Below are positions 58,097-64,000 of a DNA stretch of 64,000 bases, piece after piece. The stretch comes from Lachnospiraceae bacterium UBA3826 (GTDB lineage: Bacteria; Bacillota; Clostridia; Lachnospirales; Lachnospiraceae), in NCBI GenBank assembly GCA_002393095.1, contig DGII01000036.1, positions 4,808 through 68,807 of the forward strand, in the 5' to 3' direction. The notes beneath the pieces were generated by a model. The model was not told where the DNA came from, did not search any database, and saw nothing but the letters and a program-made list of their open reading frames with translations. Position numbers and translations under genes: made by a program. Numbering within the stretch: the stretch's first letter is position 1; each line of letters opens with the position of its first letter.

Positions 58097-60167
58097 CCGC
58101 ATAGAGCAGTATCCTGTAGCAGTCATGCTTCCATGCGATCCCAAGCCGCTCATCTGTGATCGGGCAGACGGATATGGCAGCCTTAGCTATACCATATGCT
58201 TCTATCTCTGCCAGTTCCCCGATTCTTATCCTTATAGCATCACCCCGTAGCTTATCATCCGCCTTAAGCTCTGTTCCTTCGTATCCCGATGCATCATCGG
58301 TCAGAATATCCATATTATCCGCATATACTCTGTATACTATCCCTGCCGTAGCAGCATCGGATATGCAAGCGCTGCCGGTCACACCGTCAGACTCACTGTC
58401 AAGGAGCTTTGGCTTCTCATATGACATAAGTGTCATAACAGGTATCAGTCCGGTGTCCTTGCTCTTGTCCGGGGCTGTGACTATTCTATCCTCAATCCTT
58501 ATCTCCCTATTCTTATCAAAGGTTACCTCCCGTACCACACTCTTTATACGCTTATCATCATATGCCTTAGCCATGTCAAACCGCATGTATGCCCTATCCG
58601 GTGTAAGAGATACCTCCGTATCCGATGCCCCGTACTCCATGCCGTCACGCTGACATATATCCGGTTCCTTATACTGCCCGGATTCCGCAGCCGTATCTGT
58701 ATCCGCGGCTGCTGTATATGTCTTGGGCTTTGCCCCATATTCCATGAAGTTTAACGTATTATGATAAGCCGACTGCATGGTCCAGATATCATACCTGTCG
58801 GGAGAGAATGTCTTAGCCGTATATGTCTCCACGCCCAAGTCTATAAGCAAGGGCTTATTATCCTTATAGAGAGTTATGCTTCCCACATCATTGTGATTAT
58901 GGCTGTCTCCGTTATTGCCCGCCTTGACCGCAAGAGTATAGTGATTGTCTCTTGCTATCATAAGACCAACACTTTCAAAGTACGAATCCTCTGCATGTAC
59001 CTCTGTCACCTCATGTGCCATGACCTCATCATGATACATAAGCGTAAGCAGGTGATAGTATAGATTCTGTTCATCGAAGGCAAGCCTCTCCGTTGCGGTC
59101 AGGCTCTTGTAGTCCTTCGCCGTGAAGGATACATAAGCCTCATTATGCGTATGCACGGCATAGAGGTAATCCCTTACATCCCTGTGTCCGGGAAAAGGTG
59201 AACAATCCGCGAAGTTGATATAATATCCGTCTCCAACATACATCTTGACGATATATGCAGCTATATTCCCAATAAGTGCATCCTCATACAAGGGAGCGAA
59301 AGCATCCCCTGTTATCCTGTTAAGCACATCTATACATCCGAAGAGGCAGAGTCCCGCATGGGAATAGTACTGTGCACCTTCGTTGCAGCAGCCGTCCTCT
59401 CCGTATTCGTCCAGGAAGTAATCAACAGAGACAACAGCCTGCTTAAGCACCTTACATGACTCTTCCCTGCTCATGAAGCCCTTCTTACGGCTAAAAAGGG
59501 CAAGGAGGACATTCTGTGTGATCCACGGCGTCCAGTTACACATCGGCTCAAGACCGTTACCCATCCACCAGAAATGATATGTAAGATAAGGGATAAGTAT
59601 GCGCTTCTTAATCTCCCTGTCCACATATTCACTTATATAAGGACTGATCGCACACAGCTTCTCCCTTAACAGGCTCTCCGTAAGTCCCACTATCTCTGCA
59701 GTCTCCGCCGCGAAGAGATCAATTACAGGTCTGTTCTCATCGGGAAGCTCAAGCTGCTTCTCGTCCCTTATATATGTATTATGAGCCGGTATACACCATG
59801 TAGTCTCCTCTAAGATCAGATACAGACCGTCAAGTATCTTATCAAGGAATCTCCCCTCTCCCTCCACACACTCAGCGAGCGTAAGTACGGTCAGCATCCT
59901 GCGTCTTAAGAAGTACTTCTCTTCGAAGTATACCCTGTTGCCGTCCTTAGAGAATCTTCTGTAATCCGACAGAAGCAGGGCCGGATAATCAGTATCAAGG
60001 TATCTTTCAGCCTGCTTAAGCAGGGCGATGCGCATGTCTGAATCCTTACTGTCCATGCATGAAGATAAGCTGTTCTCACCTATATTCGGAAAAGCAATCT
60101 CGGACAGGCAGACAGTATCACATATGCTGTTATACAGAGCCTCTGCAAGAGTATTATGCGTGTTCAT
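58086..60167 (-). CDS. Heparinase II/III-like polysaccharide lyase (PL33-like, tentative)
   Basis: WCIPAH, IDLFAAET, NWTPWI, DGCCNEG..Y, NFAD, SHNHNDVG; no signal peptide. Confidence 0.78.
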   Translation of the reverse strand: MNTHNTLAEALYNSICDTVCLSEIAFPNIGENSLSSCMDSKDSDMRIALLKQAERYLDTDYPALLLSDYRRFSKDGNRVYFEEKYFLRRRMLTVLTLAECVEGEGRFLDKILDGLYLILEETTWCIPAHNTYIRDEKQLELPDENRPVIDLFAAETAEIVGLTESLLREKLCAISPYISEYVDREIKKRILIPYLTYHFWWMGNGLEPMCNWTPWITQNVLLALFSRKKGFMSREESCKVLKQAVVSVDYFLDEYGEDGCCNEGAQYYSHAGLCLFGCIDVLNRITGDAFAPLYEDALIGNIAAYIVKMYVGDGYYINFADCSPFPGHRDVRDYLYAVHTHNEAYVSFTAKDYKSLTATERLAFDEQNLYYHLLTLMYHDEVMAHEVTEVHAEDSYFESVGLMIARDNHYTLAVKAGNNGDSHNHNDVGSITLYKDNKPLLIDLGVETYTAKTFSPDRYDIWTMQSAYHNTLNFMEYGAKPKTYTAAADTDTAAESGQYKEPDICQRDGMEYGASDTEVSLTPDRAYMRFDMAKAYDDKRIKSVVREVTFDKNREIRIEDRIVTAPDKSKDTGLIPVMTLMSYEKPKLLDSESDGVTGSACISDAATAGIVYRVYADNMDILTDDASGYEGTELKADDKLRGDAIRIRIGELAEIEAYGIAKAAISVCPITDERLGIAWKHDCYRILLYAATA

Positions 60168-60948
60168 TACCGTATACCTCTATCTGCGTAAGCGCAGGGA
60201 AAGGACTGGGATCATCCGCTTTGATCAGATCACGCAGTTTGATCCATCTTATATCCTTCTTATCTATATTGTCGAAGATATGGGGAGTGTCGATATGCTT
60301 ATCGAATGTAAGCTCCCTGGTGCTTCCGTCAGAGAATTCCAGCACACCCTTTACCCACCAATTATCATGTGGGAAGTCTGCTCTTGTGTATATCTCTATC
60401 CTGTCTATATCTACCCCCCTGCCGAAGTCAAGCTTAAAGCAGGCATCATCCTGTCTGTTGATACCCCATGATTCGTATGGCCATTCACCGTGAGACCTTG
60501 TGGCGATACAACCGTCTATTGCATTACGTGCGGCGAATACCGCCTCGCCTCTTGTCTCCACATTGGCAGACGCATGCGGGTACACACCCTCCACATCATG
60601 CTGGTCGAAAGGATTGAGCGCCAGATTCTTATAGGCTCCTATCTCATATTCTTTTGCTTCCCTTATGGAGATATAGTGTCTGTTACCGAAGAAAGCAAGA
60701 GGGTTGTAGCTTGTCTTCTTCTCATAGAAAGGCACGGTATATATCACTCTTTCCGTCTCAATAAGCACTAGCGCTTCCTCTATGGCGGCGTCCACCTTGA
60801 CCTTATAGAACCGGCCCTTTTTAAGACCGCTGAATTCTATGATATCACCCTTACGGTACTCTCCGTCCCACGCAAGCACTGCCTGTGTCTGCCCTGAGCT
60901 TTCTGCCTTATTCACATGATCCCAGTCATTATATACTTCTATCTTCAC
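60154..60948 (-). CDS. Uncharacterised putative carbohydrate-binding protein (discoidin/galactose-binding-like C-terminus)
   Basis: NLALNP, AARNAIDG, LDFG, EVYG end; overlaps the lyase gene. Confidence 0.6.
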   Translation of the reverse strand: MKIEVYNDWDHVNKAESSGQTQAVLAWDGEYRKGDIIEFSGLKKGRFYKVKVDAAIEEALVLIETERVIYTVPFYEKKTSYNPLAFFGNRHYISIREAKEYEIGAYKNLALNPFDQHDVEGVYPHASANVETRGEAVFAARNAIDGCIATRSHGEWPYESWGINRQDDACFKLDFGRGVDIDRIEIYTRADFPHDNWWVKGVLEFSDGSTRELTFDKHIDTPHIFDNIDKKDIRWIKLRDLIKADDPSPFPALTQIEVYGNEHA

Positions 60949-61062
60949 TCATTACCTCCGTCTTATGCGCCGTATATAAGGCATGGCCTAAGCCCACGGC
61001 TGTGCCGTGCACTCATACTGCGCAGATTACTGTCAGTCATGATAATCCATGCCAAACACTCT

Positions 61063-61096
61063 GTGTGAAAATATGATATCGATCATATTTCCACAC
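61063..61096. repeat. 15-bp inverted repeat (palindrome family A, copy 2)
   Basis: GTGTGAAAATATGAT-ATCG-ATCATATTTCCACAC; reverse-complement homologue of 35974-36009. Confidence 0.8.
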
Positions 61097-61164
61097 TAAT
61101 ACTATACCTTGACCGCATGACAAAAAAATGATTTTTTATTCTCAAAAGATGTAATTTCTTAGAC

Positions 61165-61875
61165 TCAGATATGGAATCTCCGGAACAGCTCGCGCTTAGC
61201 CCTGTCACCGCCGAGTATCAGAGTACCCGACAGCAGCAGCACCGATACTGCCAGCGCAATATATACTATATTAGGATATGTGATCACGCCAAAAAGGCTT
61301 AAGATAAGCATGAATACAGACACAACCACAAGGAATATCTCAAGAGGGATATAACTCTGCCAGTTGCGGATATTGACAAATAACAGGATGAAGGTGATGA
61401 GGCTGAGCAAAAGGATCGCCGATGGAAGCACCGCATTAAGCGACCACCCTCTAAAGCCTGTCAGAGCATCTATACCGATCAATATGGCAACAGCTATAAA
61501 GGTCAGCCACAGTGTCTTGGACTGATAGCCCACTCGTCCCGTTATTGCCATACGAAGTGCAGTATTAACATATACGAGTATCAGTCCTATTATGACAGTC
61601 CATGCCACAAAGGGTCTTCCTATGATATTGGCAAGCATGAGTCCCATCATGGCTACCACACTTGTAAAGAGCACAAGTCTCTCTGCAAACCTGAATCTTC
61701 TTACACTTACCGCCGCATTGGGGTACATACCGTTATAAGTTATGTCAACTACACCGGCGGCATTTTTTTCATTGCCTGCGACAGATGCATGTCCAACATC
61801 CAGCACACTGTGACACAGCGGACACTCACATGTATTATCCAGTATATCTACTCCGCACTTATTACATCTGCTCAT
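61165..61875 (-). CDS. Membrane protein with N-terminal zinc ribbon (DUF6320-like)
   Basis: CNKC..CPLC, about 6 TM segments, C-terminal ELFRRFHI. Confidence 0.7.
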   Translation of the reverse strand: MSRCNKCGVDILDNTCECPLCHSVLDVGHASVAGNEKNAAGVVDITYNGMYPNAAVSVRRFRFAERLVLFTSVVAMMGLMLANIIGRPFVAWTVIIGLILVYVNTALRMAITGRVGYQSKTLWLTFIAVAILIGIDALTGFRGWSLNAVLPSAILLLSLITFILLFVNIRNWQSYIPLEIFLVVVSVFMLILSLFGVITYPNIVYIALAVSVLLLSGTLILGGDRAKRELFRRFHI

Positions 61876-63242
61876 TGTCTTACAAATACTCCGTTAGTCT
61901 CTATCTTAACATCCACACCGTCTTCAGTTATATGCTTGAAGAAGGCCCTCTCCACTGAGGTATCGGATAATATGGTACTGAAGGTGAATACATATTCATC
62001 CCTGAAGGCACATATTGTTCCTTTTAAGAACTGTCCTTTTGACATCGCTATATTGGCATGGAATCTCTCTATATACGGTTCATATACATCGTCAACCTGT
62101 ATCTTGCCTATATTGGTCACTGTGGTTGTATTGGCAAGCGCCGACTGATTGTAGACTATCCTCATGGCGATACTCTTAAGCGGTAACGGGAATATACGAA
62201 GCCAGATATTCTGCTGGTTAGCTACCCCGTATGAGAAGAGATCCTCCAGATGCTCTTTATTTATCTGGCTTTTAAGGCTTGCGTTAATGATATCCACCAC
62301 TTCTCTGAAATCATACTCCTTCTCTTGAGGATGGAATTCAGCGGATACCATCATGAAGAAATTCTTGGTGGTTATGGAATCATAATAAGGTCTTAGATTA
62401 ACAGGCACCGCTATCCTTATAGGCTTATCGGACGAACCCCTTTTAAGGCATGCCACATATACGCTGTAGGCGAAGCAGGCAACCAGATAGGTATTGACTG
62501 ATACTCCATAGCTTCCCGCTGCCTCCTTTAGCTTGTCTATAGGCATATATCCGTGCATGAGTCCGAATTCACCTGCCGGCAGCTTCTCTCCCTTTATAAG
62601 ATATGCCCTCTTTCTCTCGAACCCTCTCGGCTTGCTTCTCTTGAAGTTCCTTACAAAGCTGTCATCTAAGTTAAGGGAGGTATATGCTGCCAGAGAGTCC
62701 CTGTTGGTCTTAAGTTCATCATGCTTAAGGCGTAAGTACTGATAGGTAAGCTCTCTTAAGAAATTGATCCCACCCATTCCGTCCGTAAGGACATGGAATA
62801 CCTCAAGATTGATCCTCCTGCCGTAGTATGAGACTCTGAACAGATAGCTGTGATTGAGGTTCGGTCTTATATATCTGCATGGGAAGGTATGCTCCATCTC
62901 AACCTTCGGTGCAGGCTTGCCGTTCTCCTCGAAATAATACCAGAAAAAGCCTTTCCTCAGACGCACATTAAAGCCGTCAATCTTGGGCAATACAATGTCA
63001 AGCGCCTGCTGTAAAAGTAAGGGCTCTATCTCCTCCCGAAGCGTCACACTTATGCGATAGACATTGGTCATGTTCTCCCCCGCAATGGCCGGGAAAAGGT
63101 TGGCTGTATTATCCAGCCGGTCCCACCGTATCACTCTGTCTGCGGAATAGACCTTCTTACCTGCTGCCCTTCTGACCTTATCCTTTTTAACGCTATCAGT
63201 CTTATCCGTACTTTTGTCTCTAACCTTATTACCCTTCATCAT
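61872..63242 (-). CDS. CoA-dependent acyltransferase-like protein (alcohol acetyltransferase/condensation fold)
   Basis: HxxxDG motif FHVLTDG, PVNLR, TNIG. Confidence 0.7.
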   Translation of the reverse strand: MMKGNKVRDKSTDKTDSVKKDKVRRAAGKKVYSADRVIRWDRLDNTANLFPAIAGENMTNVYRISVTLREEIEPLLLQQALDIVLPKIDGFNVRLRKGFFWYYFEENGKPAPKVEMEHTFPCRYIRPNLNHSYLFRVSYYGRRINLEVFHVLTDGMGGINFLRELTYQYLRLKHDELKTNRDSLAAYTSLNLDDSFVRNFKRSKPRGFERKRAYLIKGEKLPAGEFGLMHGYMPIDKLKEAAGSYGVSVNTYLVACFAYSVYVACLKRGSSDKPIRIAVPVNLRPYYDSITTKNFFMMVSAEFHPQEKEYDFREVVDIINASLKSQINKEHLEDLFSYGVANQQNIWLRIFPLPLKSIAMRIVYNQSALANTTTVTNIGKIQVDDVYEPYIERFHANIAMSKGQFLKGTICAFRDEYVFTFSTILSDTSVERAFFKHITEDGVDVKIETNGVFVRQ

Positions 63243-63305
63243 TCAAGCCCTTTAAGCGCCTCTACCATATTGATGTCATTTACCTTTTACAGTCCCTACC
63301 AATAA

Positions 63306-63334
63306 ATAATAGTTAAACATAAACCCCATGTCAA
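63306..63334 (-). promoter_or_regulatory. SigmaA-type promoter for the acyltransferase-like operon
   Basis: Minus strand TTGACA-N17-TATTAT. Confidence 0.65.
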
Positions 63335-63437
63335 GGCAAGGCATTGTCCATAATACAGGCAATACGGGTTTGTTTTGGTTTAACAAGTGTGATATTATAT
63401 TCTACGGTAGTTTTATATCCTTTATGAGAGGTAACAG

Positions 63438-64000
63438 ATGAAAGAGTATGTATTAGGTAACGGTGCTATAGCATTGGGGGCATTGTCTTCCGGCGTCAAT
63501 CTGGTCGCCGGATACCCCGGAACCCCGTCTTCCGAGATCATAGAGACTATCTCCAAATATCCGCATGACGGAATACATCTGGAGTGGTCGGTGAACGAGA
63601 AGGCAGCTCTTGAGGTTGCTGCCGCCGCTGCATATAGCGGGGCGCGTGCGCTGGTAACAATGAAACAGGTCGGATTGAACGTAGCCTCCGATCCGCTTAT
63701 GTCTCTTGCTTATGTAGGTGTCAAAGGCGGACTGGTCATAGTAAGCGCAGACGATCCGGGACCGATATCTTCACAGACAGAGCAGGATACAAGGCGTTTT
63801 GCCGATTTTTGCAGGATACCCGTGTTTGATCCTTCAACTCCCGAAGAAGCTTACGCAATGGTCAAAGATGCCTTTGAGTATTCGGAGAAATACAATACAC
63901 CGGTTTTGCTAAGACCAACGACCAGAGTCTGTCATGCATATGCATCCATAGAGGTGCCGGATTCCTACAGTCCGAAAGAATATGAAGGCTTTGTCAAGGA
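63438..64000 (+). CDS. iorA: Indolepyruvate:ferredoxin oxidoreductase alpha subunit (partial, runs off the window)
   Basis: Manual translation MKEYVLGNGAIA..GYPGTPSSEI..EWSVNEKAALE..MKQVGLNVASDP..DDPGPISSQTEQD. Confidence 0.9.
   Translation, partial: MKEYVLGNGAIALGALSSGVNLVAGYPGTPSSEIIETISKYPHDGIHLEWSVNEKAALEVAAAAAYSGARALVTMKQVGLNVASDPLMSLAYVGVKGGLVIVSADDPGPISSQTEQDTRRFADFCRIPVFDPSTPEEAYAMVKDAFEYSEKYNTPVLLRPTTRVCHAYASIEVPDSYSPKEYEGFVK

Noticed and set aside
180-62742. Numerous 60-250 aa ORFs antisense to or overlapping the called genes
   Set aside because: Shadow ORFs with no recognisable motifs, lying inside well-supported genes.
63296-63410. Long imperfect hairpin suggesting a 6S-like ncRNA
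   Set aside because: The symmetry is largely explained by back-to-back sigmaA promoters in AT-rich sequence, and the pairing is weak.

Overview
Gene-dense chromosomal window of a motile anaerobic Firmicute. Gene content and protein style point to Lachnospiraceae (Butyrivibrio-like); this is inference. From left to right: (1) a sigma28-driven late flagellar operon (flgM-flgN-flgK-flgK-flgL-fliW-csrA); (2) a six-gene phosphorelay operon with a CheA lacking its CheW-like domain, a degenerate HD-GYP regulator and a kinase fused to a DegV domain; (3) a 10-gene Mrp/Mbh-like antiporter with four MrpD paralogues; (4) a dUTPase-led operon encoding a Dlt-like carrier-protein pathway (adenylation enzyme, carrier protein, MBOAT with C-terminal FIYNRF motif, SGNH-like protein with Cys at the nucleophile position) plus an AsnB-like amidotransferase, a surface transglutaminase-like protein and an Asp/Glu-family racemase. 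This is the best candidate for an undescribed system, probably D-Asp/D-Asn decoration of the cell envelope. (5) ptsI abutting an amino-acid-permease/hybrid-kinase fusion; (6) a gpx-TSCPD-ohrR redox module; (7) c-di-GMP/Hpt signalling genes; (8) a uronic-acid polysaccharide utilisation locus; (9) a CoA-dependent acyltransferase-like gene with a Zn-ribbon membrane partner; (10) the start of iorA. A family of multi-hairpin intergenic repeats sits directly upstream of several ribosome-binding sites. No rRNA, tRNA, CRISPR array, transposase or prophage gene was recognised. All calls come from reading motifs by eye; no searches were run.
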